Shown: positions 14,194 through 27,270, numbered from the whole stretch's first letter. The stretch: 63,580 bases of DNA, filler included, from Octopus bimaculoides (GCF_001194135.2; 11 parts of 11 records of this genome joined end to end with filler, not necessarily neighbours in it), one strand, 5' to 3'. Made by a program: numbers and translations. The notes: generated by a model not told the origin, from the sequence alone.

Positions 14194-14585
14194 CTATTTC
14201 CTGACGGTCGCGGCATCTCGAGAATTATGTCTGGGTGTGTCTATACCAGCGAACACAATTTTCTGGAGTGATAGCGTCAATGTTACGCCTTGCGACCTGT
14301 TATATGACATGTGCTCGCCATTCTTCCATAGTCATGCCGGCTTCTGTAGCTGCCCGGTCGCCAACCATTTGCTGCAACTCAGCTCGAGCGAGGTCCCTCT
14401 TGACAGCCGCCTTAAAGGCAGAATGCGCCATTTCCGTACAATTAAGAAATGAAGAATAGGGAGGCAGGAGTTTCAGACTGATCCGTGGGTCAGCGTCAGT
14501 TGGGAGCTCGATACGAACGTGTGGCCGCGCGTTGTCGTAGATTAAGTAAACAGATTCACCCGCTGGAAACATGTCGGCACAGGCT
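14194..14585 (-). mobile_element. IS630/Tc1-like DDE transposase C-terminal fragment
   Basis: ORF 14300-14572 has YDNARPH...LLPPYSSFLNCTEMAHSAFKAAVK, with 33 residues between D and E. The same frame continues NIDAITPENCVRWYRH. A gap truncates the 5' part. Confidence 0.85.
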
Positions 14586-16184
14586 NNNNNNNNNNNNNNN
14601 NNNNNNNNNNNNNNNNNNNNNNNNNNNNNTTAATTAATTAANNNNNNNNNNNNNNNNNNNNNNNNNNNNNNNNNNNNNNNNNNNNGAGGTGGAGGAGGAG
14701 GAGGTGGAGGAGGAGGATGTAGTACCAGGCACTGGCTCTCAGGGTTTCTCCTCTTAACTGACTCGAAGTGTTATTATGTACAAGTTTTGTCTTGGTCTAC
14801 AGCTAATATTCTGCTCAGTATCACAGATTTGCTTGTCAGCTGTTTGACCTTAACCAGTTGAGCATGTCTCTTGGTGGCTGACGATATTTGCATCTCTGAT
14901 CATGAGCAGAAGTAGTGGAGCGGGAGGGCATCTATGTTTCCAAAAGTAAATTATTCATACCCCAACGAATTCCTCTCAACACATGGCTATGATTCCCTCC
15001 CGCTCCACTACTTCTGCTCAGAGTTAACCTTAGTGGGATTTGAACTCAGAACGTGAAGAGCCAGAACAAATATTACAAGGCATTTCTCACAAAGCTCGAA
15101 CAATTTCGCCAGCTGACCACCTTCTAATATCTCACGTTACACACGCTCAACACAACTCTCTCGATTCAATAACATAACCCCCACAACACCTAAACCCCAC
15201 AATCGTAGGAGATACATGGTACTGAAATACAATAGCACAAAACAACGTATTCTATATACAGCTCTTTCCAACCAAACAGAAAAAATAAAACCCCTCGCAA
15301 CACACGTGCTGTATCTAAAACAATACGTATTCTATATATAGCTCTTTCCGTCCAAATAGAAAACCACTCACAGCACACATCCTACATCTAAAATCTCAGT
15401 GCAATAACAATTCCCGCAGCACATATTCTACACACTAGTTATTAACACAGTTAAACATCCTACACTTTTAACACAACTTTTACTGCATATATTCTACATA
15501 GATATTTACTCTACACACATTCTACATATCACATTAAACTACAGCACAACTTTCACAGCACATAGTCTAAACGCTATATATTTAGACGGGTTGTTGTTGT
15601 TGATGGTGGTGGTGTTGGTGGTGGTGGTGGTGGTGGCGGCGGCGGTGGTGATAAGAGCTTCTCCCACTTTGCACAATCTAAAACCTGAGACCCAACTTCA
15701 ACTCCTGATTGCTCTGCTCATGTGATATGGGAAAGCCCGATGGCCGACGACACAACTCGAACAATATCAGGAACGAAAACAACAGCAACAACAACAATAA
15801 CAATAACAACACCGAAAACAACAATACCGACAAAATCAACAATAACAACGAAAAAGAACAAAAGCAACAACAGCAAAACTAACAATTACGATAATTGATA
15901 AAACAAAACAAAAACCGCCAGAACAAGGCTTTGAAGTCAAGAGGATATATCACCCATTAATGGATGCTCCTGGTGATATAGAATGAAGATCAATGGCATT
16001 GTGATTTTAGGGGCGACAACAACAACAACACGAAGAGCCTCTACGGGGTCGTTCCCTCTCTAAAATTCGCGGCCAAATCTGCCTCAAAATTTTAACCATC
16101 GGAACAATTGATGTAAAATTTAGATTTCCATATATCTACATGTTAATATTTTGACGAAGTTTTCATGCGATTTTGAAGCGATGT

Positions 16185-16570
16185 CTTCGCACGGGACTGG
16201 CTGTGTGGTAAGAAGTTTACTTCCCAACCAAAAGGTTTCGGGTTCAGTTCTACTCCGTGACATTGTTTTTCTGCTCTAGCCACGGGCCGATCAATCCTTG
16301 TGACTGAGTTTGGTAGACAGAAACTGAACGCTCGTCGTGTGTGTATGTGTGTGTATGTGTGCGTGTGTGCGTGCGCGTGTGTATGTGTGTGTGTGCATAT
16401 GCCTTTGTGTTTGTTTTCCACCACCGTTTGATGACCGGTGTTGGTTTCTTTACGTCCCCGTAACTTAGCTTTTCTGCAAAAGAGACAGACAAAATAAGTA
16501 CCAGGCTTAGAACAAAATACGTACTGGAATCGATTTCTTTATGGCGGTGCCCTAGAATTGCCGCAGTCTA
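16185..16570 (+). mobile_element. SINE family A copy
   Basis: Head GGACTGGCTGTGTGGTAAGAAG, internal TG tract, and tail ACGTCCCCGTAACTTAGC..AATAAGTACCAGGC..GGCGGTGC. Confidence 0.85.
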
Positions 16571-17064
16571 GATATCATTAAATTATGTACAAATGTACAT
16601 AATTTAATGGTATTTTAATGTTTTTTTCAGTTATAACTTTCTAGGATTCAATTTAATATACAGAAACTTATAATGATTGTTTCAATATTAATGTAAACAT
16701 ACAGATTCTTTTATATATGTAATGTTTTTAATGATATAAAATTAAATATAAACAAACGTAAATATTCGAAATATTTTTCAATATTGGATTCAATATTAAT
16801 TAATGCCATTATTTGTAATGATATTTTTTAATATGAAATAATGCTGAAATGTAAGCTTTTTATATTTAATAAGAATTTCCAGTGATAATAAATTTAAAAT
16901 ATACAAACGAGTATTTTTAATGAAAGTTTAACGATATTTTTCAATGAAAAATATAAAAATGTTTATTTTTCAAAAATATTAAAAAATTTTCAGTGCATAT
17001 TTTTTAATGGTGCTTGAATGTTTTATCGTAACAAAATATATAACGTTTATTATATTTCATGTAG

Positions 17065-18010
17065 ATGGTGATAACAGATATAAAAGATCACAGCTACTTC
17101 ATACACGATATCGCCCAACCTCCCGCCGACAGTTACTTCAATAACAGAAGTAGTTTCCTTATTTGTCTTGCCAGCGCAATTATAAGCCTCTGCTCTCTCA
17201 TAATTGTGGCATTGTATAAAGATTGGTCAAACTACTGGAATCCTTATAGAAAATGTTTACTTGGTGTACTGTTTACATCACTTATCTTTGGAATATTCAG
17301 CCTTTGCATAGAAGCTCACTTAGAAAGAAATCACGAAAAATGGAATATTGGAGCAAATTTTTGTATTTTATGGCATGCCTTGTCTAGAACTATTCAAGAC
17401 GCAGCTAATATAAGTATGATTTCTTTGAATATCGATCGATGTGTTTCACTTCTAAAGCCACAGGTTTACATGTCAAAATGCTATGAATATGGTATTCATA
17501 TTAGTTTGCTTTCGATGGCAATTTTAAGCGCTTTAATCAATCTAATAGTTATGTTTCTCAATTTCAATAATGCTCATCAAGACCCACGTGATAACGATAC
17601 ATGCCATCTGTTACGAGATATTATCTTCCCCTATTTTTCCCTGTTTTTGCTTTTTCTTGCTCCTATTGTCTGCCATTGCACTAGTGGCTTCAACTTCAAA
17701 GAGCAAATTTTATCCTTCTCTAAAGATGGACGAAAAATACATCGGTTGTGTCATGCCTATTTTGTTGACTGATTTTTCCATCGTTTTCTTATGTTTGGTG
17801 CCAAGAATTGTCGAAACTATCTTAATAACCAACTCATCTGGTGTAATAATACCTTACTATCATACTGTAGAAACGCTACGTGTCCTAAACTATGCTGATT
17901 GGTCAAGCTTCGTCTTCCTGCCGTTTCTTTTACTTTTTGATGCTAACATAATAAAGAGCATTAAAAATATATTCTCTTGTAAGAAAAGATCTCGGAAGTT
18001 TGACTTGTGA
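17065..18010 (+). CDS. Single-exon orphan class A (rhodopsin-like) GPCR with one 1-nt frameshift (pseudogene or assembly indel)
   Basis: Joining ORF 17065-17772 to ORF 17570-18010 near 17640-17670 gives ~314 aa with seven hydrophobic segments. Motifs: WNIGANFC (ECL1/TM3 Cys), LNIDRC (DRY-like, 17434-17442), ECL2 Cys (DTC), TM6 CLVP, helix-8-like segment ending FSCKK. No other stops. Confidence 0.85.
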
Positions 18011-18226
18011 TTCTAAAATATGAAACTTCTCGTTAAATGATGCAAAAACTTTCGTGTTCTTCAGTCTGTTTACAATAATTTATAACCATCGCTGATTTGA
18101 GAGAGCGGTATCTCTTATTACATCGGATTCGCTGTCTTTGGATAAATATACATTTGGTGGAAGTATATTTCACAGAAATTCAGGAAAAGGTAACTATTTT
18201 TTACTTTGAGAAAGAAGAACAGTATC

Positions 18227-18241
18227 AATAAAATTAATAAA
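18227..18241 (+). promoter_or_regulatory. Candidate polyadenylation signals for the GPCR
   Basis: Two AATAAA hexamers (18227, 18236) about 220 bp after the stop, followed by T-rich sequence. Confidence 0.35.
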
Positions 18242-18635
18242 TGAAATACAATACTGATTTCTTGTTATCTATTTATTTATATACAAAATAAAATTTTGGA
18301 GCATGCATACATACAGTTATATAAAAATATATTTTTAACAACTTTTCTTTTGAAATGTCTTTTATTTTATATTCTTTCATTCTTTTACTTGTTTCAGTCA
18401 TTTGACTGCGACCATGCCGGAGCATCGCCTTGAAGGGGTTTAGTCCATCAGATCGACTCTAAGACTTATTTCTTAAACTTAGTACTTAATCTATCGGTCT
18501 CTTTTGCCGAACCGCTATTTTTACGGGAACGTAAAACACACCAATACTGGGAACGTAAACACACACACACGCACACACATGCATACACACACACACTCAC
18601 TCACACACAGATTCATACATATATGTATATATATA

Positions 18636-19905
18636 CAGAGTGCTATGGGTAAATTGTCACCATTTTATATTTTTAATTTCGTGCATGTGCATTGTTTCTT
18701 TTTGATTTTGTTAACTATACAGTATAGTATGGTCAGTTGGGCGCCACATGTGAGAAAAACAGCACTATGACGCAAATCAGTTTGCCAGAAATTTTGGAAA
18801 TGGTATGCTGTACTGCTTGGCATTTGCGCCGGAAGCTCCAATACGAACATTTCAGAGTGTTTGAGTGTCAATCTGAGGACAGTGCAAAGGATTCGGAAAG
18901 AGTTAGATTAGCCTAATGGTGATTACGAAGATATGGCAGCTCAGAAAACTCACTCTGATCGTTCTAAATTCCTGAATTTGTTGGTGAGATCCAGGCCATG
19001 ATTGACAACGATCTCTCCAAGTCAATCAGGTCCATCGCGAGAGCCATGGGAGTGTCTGAGTTTCTTATCAGGTAAGTAGTGCATGAAGACATTCGGTATT
19101 CCTCATACAACATGAGAATAGGCCAATCTTTATCCCTAGCTATCAAGAACATGAGAAAAGACTGCGTTACGAAACTTCTGAACAAACTCAAACATTCCGT
19201 CCAATTGAACATGTAGACGAGAAAAATTTCTGCCAGGGTCAAATGGTGAACACAGAACAACCGCTGGATTGCCGTGTCCCCAAAACATGTACCGAGAGTG
19301 ATAAAAATCAAACATTCAGTCAACATCATGATATTTGGAGTGATCACTAGTGATACGACGTTATGCCTCCCTTCATCTTCCCACACGACTTCAGACTCAA
19401 CACGGAGGCCTACATCAAGTGCCTTTAGGAGGTAGTGCAGCTCTGGATCAAGAGGGTGGCTGCAGGAAGATCCTAAGTCAGGCAATAAGACTCTGTACCA
19501 TGCCACACAAGTTGGAGAACCCAGTCATGACTGTCAGACAATTTCTGCAACCACATCACTCCAAACATCTGGCCACCTAACTCCCCAGGCTGCAACGACC
19601 TTGATTATCATGTGCGAGGCGCAGTTGAGCGAGAGACCAACAAGACTGTGATGCTAAAGATGAACCAAAGGCAAGGATTATGGCAGCATTCACCAACTTA
19701 AACAAAAAGACCATCCAGAAGAGTTGCAGGAGATTCTGAAGTCCTCTGTGAGTCGTGGTTGAAGCCAATTGTGATTTTATTGAATAATTTTACTCAAGTA
19801 TTTAAAGATATTTTAACGTAATTTTGATAAATATATCTGTTAAAATGAGATGTCAGTGTTATTTTCAGTATTGCGTAATTTAGATGACAATTTATTCACC
19901 GTACC

Positions 19906-19908
<3 letters not shown>
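18636..19908 (+). mobile_element. Full-length but inactivated Tc1/mariner element, DD37D (maT-type) spacing
   Basis: Imperfect TIRs (CAGAGTGCTATGGGTAAATTGTCAC versus reverse complement CAGGGTACGGTGAATAAATTGTCAT) flanked by TA. Manual translation: SIRSIARAMGVSEFLIR..IMIFGVITSD..Q*DSVPCHTS..WPPNSPGCNDLDYHVRGAVE. D at 19489 and D at 19603 have 37 residues between them. Several stops and frameshifts. Confidence 0.9.
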
Positions 19909-19939
<31 letters not shown>

Positions 19940-20499
19940 GACGGGCTTATTTCTTTTTCAGTCTGCCAAATCCACTTGCAAGGATTTGGTCGGCCCGAGG
20001 CTATAGTAGAAGACACTTACCCAAGGTGTCACGCAGTGGGACTGAACCTGTGGCCATTGGAGCTGGAAAGAAAGCTTCTTACCACATTTATATTATGTGC
20101 TATATATGTATAAATAATCATCGTCACCATCATCATCATCATCACCACCACCTTAACAGTTCGCCCATCTTTATGTTCTAAATTCAGATGCCACAGAAGT
20201 CGATTTTGCCTTTCATTCTTTCGAGGTCGGTGAAATAAGTACCAGTTATGTACTGATGTCAATGTAATCGACTCCAGCATTCTCCAAAATGTCAGGCTTT
20301 GTACCTATAGTAGAAAGGATTATTCGGGCGGCAAGGTGGTAGAATCTTTAGCATGCTGGACAAAAATGCCTAACGGCTTTCCTTTTGGCTTTACGTTCGA
20401 GGTCGGCTTTGCGTTTCATCCTTTAGGGATCGATCAATTAAGTACCAGTTGAGCACTGGGGTCGATGTAATCGACTTATCGCTGCCCTCGAAATTTCAA

Positions 20500-20812
20500 G
20501 CCTTATTATTGTTTTTATTTTGTCTGTTATGAAAGACTCTTGGAAAGATATAAATTACCGGTTATTATTTAATTGAAAGTAGGCAATAAAAAATTACCAT
20601 AGGTTTCAAGTAGTGCTTTCTTCTTCTGTGACTCAAAGAGACAATACTCTCCTTAGAATGCGAGCTGCACCCAAAAATGTTGTCTCCATGATCACCTCGA
20701 GCCTGACAGCAGTTCCAATATTCTTAAAATGTTTTTCAAAGCCCCGAGAAACTGCTCCTAATGATTCAATTATCACCGGGGTCACAATTACTTTCCTCAT
20801 GCTCCATAACTT
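20500..20812 (-). mobile_element. 3' end of an RLE-type (R4/Dong-like) non-LTR retrotransposon
   Basis: Minus frame 20812-20633 reads KLWSMRKVIVTPVIIESLGAVSRGFEKHFKNIG..IMETTFLGAARILRRVLSL*, the usual C-terminus of restriction-like-endonuclease LINEs, followed by an AT-rich tail. Confidence 0.75.
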
Positions 20813-20844
20813 TCAAGTACTCTTGAAATAGAAATAGAAACTAA

Positions 20845-21410
20845 GACTATGGAGAGCATCCAGCAAATAGTTAACTCCATCCACCAGAGTATTAAGGTTA
20901 CGATAGACTACCCTACTAAACACCCTAACCATAGAGATTACCTGTACTAGATACTGAACTCTGGCTAGAAACTGAGAATAATAAAACCCGAATCCTCCAT
21001 TCACACTATACCAAACCTATGGCCTCCAAATACCTGATCCACCGGAACTCGGCTATTGCGGACAATGCCAAATTCAACATATTGATGGCATACCTCGTCA
21101 GAGTAATGTCAAATGTGTCCTACATGTGCAACCCTACAGAGTTAAAGAGATATATACAACATTTCGTTCACCGCATGCAGTTCTCAGGTTACAGCCATAA
21201 AGAAAGTATCAGAGTATACAAAGGAGCTATGAAGAAATTTGAAACCATCAAACGTAACGACAGGAATGGGATTTGCCCACTCTATAGGAGCAAATCATGG
21301 AACACCATTGAAAGGATTAAGAAGAAAATAGGGAAGGCCAACTCATGGTATGATAGCCACAAATACCAGAGCGTCATGTTCGTCGACACCCCTAGAGGCG
21401 AACTGGATTT
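20845..21410 (+). mobile_element. Penelope-like element, RT C-terminal/thumb remnant
   Basis: TMESIQQIVNSIHQSIKVTIDYPTKHPNHR/LPVLDTELWL..HYTKPMASKYLIHRNSA..FVHRMQFSGYS. One frameshift near 20935. Confidence 0.8.
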
Positions 21411-21793
21411 TGTAGACAGAAACTGAAAGAAATCAATTGTATATATATATATATATNNNNNNNNNNNNNNNNNNNNNNNNNNNNNNNNNNNNNNNNNNNN
21501 NNNNNNNNNNNNNNNNNNNNNNNNNNNNNNNNNNNNNNNNNNNNNNNNNNNNNNNNNNNNNNNNNNNNNNNNNNNNNNNNNNNNNNNNNNNNNNNNNNNN
21601 NNNNNNNNNNNNNNNNNNNNNNNNNNNNNNNNNNNNNNNNNNNNNNNNNNNNNNNNNNNNNNNNNNNNNNNNNNNNNNNNNNNNNNNNNNNNNNNNNNNN
21701 NNNNNNNNNNNNNNNNNNNNNNNNNNNNNNNNNNNNNNNNNNNNNNNNNNNNNNNNNNNNNNNNNNNNNNNNNNNNNNNNNNNNNNNNNNNCA

Positions 21794-21825
<32 letters not shown>

Positions 21826-23318
21826 CACACACACAATGCGCATGCGCCGACGCACCCAATCTGGAGAACACTACAGCCTTCAGTCGCTACCCAACCACCA
21901 GCACCGCTTCTTCTCACGTCAAATAAATGAAATGAGTCACCAGATAGCAACATTATTATCTCGACAGGTAAAAATAGACCAGATGATACACACACAGACG
22001 CGCGCACGCACACACACACACACAAATACGCGCGCGGGAGTGTGTTTGTGTGTGATCTTGACAAGGAAACGTCTCAACACTACATAGACTCACCGACAGA
22101 TTAAACTGTCATCAGTCTTCCACAGACTCTGGGACCACAGAACAGAAGAATCAGCAATGTTTCATATCAACGTAGTTCCAGAAACGGGTTAAGTTCCAAC
22201 CATTGTTTAACTAAGAGCTGGTCATTTCAACTATTCTGACCACGCCGCTCGCCTTCGAATAGCAGCCATCAGCAACATACAATATTAGTGCACCAGAAAG
22301 TGAATAAAGTATGAACAGACGAATCTATCAAGCAGCATTCACTCTGCAGTCTCTCGCCCAGCAAGAAATAGCAGCTAATCTTTTATAGTCTAGATTATTT
22401 TATAAATGACATTGAACAATGGACTCTGTGTTTGATACATGAACGACAGATTGATCATAGATGGAACAGCTTTTTATTTTATGTCTGTCTGATGAAGACA
22501 TGGGTCTAAACAGTAACAACAGCAACAGCACCGCCATTGTCAACACCAGCCAAACAAAACCAAAAACAATAAATAGTCAACTAACAGACCATTACAATAT
22601 TTGAGTCCCTTGAATAAAGACCAGCAACTGTAGAGAAGTAACTTTGTTAACGGGGATAAATTTTTCCCCTTTATAAACTAACAAGTTATCCCTTGATTCA
22701 CAATTGTTGATCCAACAGTCACGTACAAAATTAAGGCCCTTAGTGACAGGAAAAAATCTAAAAGCCGAAAAAACCAATGAGTGATTGCGTCAGCAATATA
22801 ACTGCTAACAAACTGTTATCCAGGACGTCAGCATTTTTTTTTCTTTTTTACAAATACTTATTGTGATCTGAATATATTGTTACTCAATATAGGCGCAGGA
22901 GTGGTTGTGTGATTTCTTACCCTATGTTTTAATTTGATTAACCATAACCAAGTTCTCAAATTGGATATATGCTACGCAGTAACCATTTTCTGCATAGATA
23001 GTTCCGGAATTAGCGCGCCAAAACGAAGACATTTGATTTTTACCGTTACGTTGTAATTAGCAGAGCCATATATACACGTTCGACTCGAGGGGTGAACAAC
23101 TTGTATAAGATTCTGAAAATTATAATTTCCTTGCAGTTCGTGCTGAAGAAGGACGGTTGGAACTTATTCCTCTCCTGGAAGTACGTTGTCACGAAACATT
23201 GCTGATTTATCTGTTTTGTGGTTTTAAAGTCTGTGGAAGACGGCAGACAGTTTATTCTCTCGGTGAGTCTACGCTGTGTTGCGATGTTTCCTTGAGGAAA
23301 TGACACATAAGTACACAC

Positions 23319-23403
<85 letters not shown>

Positions 23404-24276
23404 ACGGTCTCCTTTCAATTCCCTTCTACCAAATCAACTCACAAAGATTTGGTGGGCCTGGATTATAGTAGAAGACATTTGCCGAAGATGCGACACTGTG
23501 GGACAGAACCCGAAACCGTGATTTTGGGAAGCACGCTTATTACCTTCTTACGACACAGCCAGGTATGTGAATTATGTTACTGTATTGGATAAGAGGTACG
23601 AGCCATGGCACATATTTCACAGTCCATCTTCGTTGCAATTTAGGCCATTCTGACAGAATACACTAAAGGATGCACGTGGAATGGAAGAGTCACTGAGGAG
23701 GTGACTCCAGGTGATAGGGTTCTGTGAAAGAATGCGTCTGCACCTGAGCATTGTGTGAGTGCGTATGTGCGTGTATATATATGTGTGTGTGCGTGTGTGT
23801 GTCTGTGTATGTGTGTGTGTAAATATATATAGACATATATACATGTACATATATAGATACAAACACACACATACACACATATACATATATATATATAGAT
23901 AGATAGATATACATACATATATACATGCATACATGAATTTGTGTGAGCCCGTGCGCGTGTGTAAGGTGTGTGTATAAACGCACATATAAATGTGGAGGCA
24001 GCATGAAAAAGCACGAAAGCATGTTTGAAGATTTTTTCAGTATTTGTTATAGTGAGTTTTACAAAATACCACTGCTTTCGATGTATATGTCCATCTCATC
24101 AAAATTTCTTTAAAAATTTAAGCTCAGTAATTAGGAAATGAAAAAAAAAATGGATATTAAATCATTCCGTCCTCATATTTTGTGCATAGTTAAGATCTAT
24201 AGCTACACACACACACAAACACACGCGCGCGGACATCTGTTTCAACACACGATTTCACATCAAAAATATTGCAAAG

Positions 24277-24307
<31 letters not shown>

Positions 24308-24519
24308 GACGGGCTTCTTTCAGTTTCCTTCTACCAAATCCACTCACAAGGCCTTGGTGCAGAAGTGGTTGTGTGGTAAGTAGCTTGCCGACCAAAGCCT
24401 TGTGAGTGGACTTGGTAGANNNNNNNNNNNNNNNNNNNNNNNNNNNNNNNNNNNNNNNNNNNNTTAATTAATTAANNNNNNNNNNNNNNNNNNNNNNNNN
24501 NNNNNNNNNNNNNNNNNNN

Positions 24520-24555
<36 letters not shown>

Positions 24556-25096
24556 TAGTAGTAACGGTGAGAGGCGAAGGATGAGTAACAAGAGATAGAG
24601 AGAGAGAAGTAGTGACAGGTAGAGGCGAAGACCAGTAGAGGGAAGAATGAGAGGGGGAGATAGAAATAGAGAGAGTCGCGTTAGAAAATTGGTTAAAACT
24701 TACTGTATAAAGGTAACGCGTGCGTTCTGTCGTGATACAAACAATATATGAGTATATGCATATATATGTACATGTATGTATATACGTTCATCCACATGTA
24801 CATATAGATACATAACTGGGTTATGTATATGTATATATATATATATATTATATATATATACATATATGCGTGTGTGTGTTTGTGTCTATATGTATGTATA
24901 TATTTGTGTGTCTGTGTTAGTCACCCCACCATCGCTTGACAACCGATATCGGTGTGTTTATATTCCCGTAACTTCGCGGTTCGGCAAAAGACACCGATAA
25001 AGCAAGTATTAGGCTGTCAAAGAATAAGTCCTGGGGACGATTTTGTTCGACTAATGGCGGTACTCTAGCATGGCCGCAATAAAAAAACATAAGAAC

Positions 25097-25134
<38 letters not shown>

Positions 25135-26489
25135 CTCTCATCATATGTAAAAACCCACACTTGATGTTGTCTTTATATTGTTCCCCTCATCCTTTGCCCT
25201 GATGGCAAATAAAAGAAATCATTATTATTATCATTATTATCCACTGAGTTCGACTTTACCTTTCATCCTTTCGAGGTCAGTAAAATAGGTACCAGTTGAG
25301 CACTGGGGTTGATGTTATCGACTTACTCTCCGCTCCCCAGAATTGCTGGCCTTGTGCCAAAATTTGGTTATCTGTTTTGGTTATCACCTTTTCACTAGTT
25401 ATAATCTATTGGCCAACTAACCTTTTCACTTACCTTACTATGTAAACACTAAAATTCAACTCTACCCTGAAGCTGATGCACCCTTTGTAATCATGTGTGT
25501 GTATAAGTATAATAAATATGTACCCTACAAATAGCATTAAGCAATCATTCAGTTTAATGTGAAATTGTTTTTTCAATGCAAACACATTGATACATACGCA
25601 CATACATAACACACATGCGTGCGCGCACACACACACGTGCGTACACACACATACGCAAACACACACACATATATAAACAGCTATCTGTGTATATATAGAC
25701 ACATACGTACACGTATGTAATGAAGTATTACTTGAACTGAGAAAGAAACTAAACGAATGCGCATACATATACGAATGCACAATCGCATAATACCTGAAAT
25801 AACACACGCATATTGATGCATATGAATATATGTATATACATACTTATTAGTATGTATGTATGTATGTATGTTTGCATGTATGTATGTATGTATATATATA
25901 TATATATNNNNNNNNNNNNNNNNNNNNNNNNNNNNNNNNNNNNNNNNNNNNNNNNNNNNNNNNNNNNNNNNNNNNNNNNNNNNNNNNNNNNNNNNNNNNN
26001 NNNNNNNNNNNNNNNNNNNNNNNNNNNNNNNNNNNNNNNNNNNNNNNNNNNNNNNNNNNNNNNNNNNNNNNNNNNNNNNNNNNNNNNNNNNNNNNNNNNN
26101 NNNNNNNNNNNNNNNNNNNNNNNNNNNNNNNNNNNNNNNNNNNNNNNNATATATATATATATAAAGTTAGATAAGGCCAGTTTATCCGAATACCGAGGAT
26201 TTTACGTTCATAGAGCGCTTAACTTTACGGCATATTATCAAATCTCAAAACCTGTTGGCTCAAGGCCCCTCTAGCGAGTGGCCTCTCTAGAATATGGAGG
26301 AGGAAAGACCTTGCTATTCAATGTCAACAACAGTGACAGCACCTCCATCAACGACGATGACGATAACAATAACAACATAAGTAGTGACGGCACCAACACC
26401 TTCGCTACCTCCAATGATGCTAACACCAACAGCGGCAGGACCAACAACAGCGGTATCAGCAACGCCCACACCACAGTACACACAGTACC

Positions 26490-26945
26490 GCCAAAACCCG
26501 ACCACGGAAATACATCGGTTGCTCAGGTAACACATTCAAACAACGCCTCTCCAGCCACAGGTCCTCCTTCAGGATACCGGAAATGAGATACGTTACATCA
26601 CTAGCCATCCATGTGTGGCAGCTGAAAGGCGACGGGAATCCAAGAAAATCTAGGTGTATCATCCAAGCTATGCATAGTTTTCAACACTTGGCTCCATGGA
26701 ACAGAAAAGAACCACCGAGACCAATCTCACCACCATAAACTTCTTAGACGCCACGCTCGACTTGGGCTCCGGTACATACAGACCGTACCACAAGCCAAAT
26801 GAGAGGCTAACGTACATCAACGCAACCTCCTGACACCCACCTATTGTGTTCAAAAACCTGGTGGAGGGTGTTAGCAAGAGGATCACGAACCTTTCCTCCA
26901 GCCCCCTACTATAACGAGGCTCTAGCTGCTAGTGGATTTAGTGAA
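26490..26945 (+). mobile_element. Penelope-like element remnant: GIY-YIG endonuclease segment followed by RT thumb segment
   Basis: Frame from 26511: YIGCSGNTFKQRLSSHRSSFRIPEMRYVTSLAIHVWQLK. Frame from 26714: TETNLTTINFLDATLDLGSGTYRPYHKPNERLTYINATS*HPPIVFKNLVEGVSKRITNLSS. Confidence 0.85.
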
Positions 26946-27180
26946 TTTTAATTATATTACTAAAATCCCTTCCATTTATAAGAAAATCTTCCTATTGATT
27001 TATATAAACTTTATTATTATTGTCTTCCATAATTTTCTAAAATTTTGGTTTTCGTTCCTATAACGTTACGTCGAGAATTTACTATTTAACAAAGACTTTC
27101 TTTCACCCGAGGACGTTGCTGAAATACTGCATTATTTTTAAGGATCTTTTGCATTTTGCATTAATGCAGACACACACACA

Positions 27181-27270
<90 letters not shown>

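Noticed and set aside
23144-23200. CTGAAGA followed by possible stems
   Set aside because: No correctly placed GAAA or stem I; chance match.
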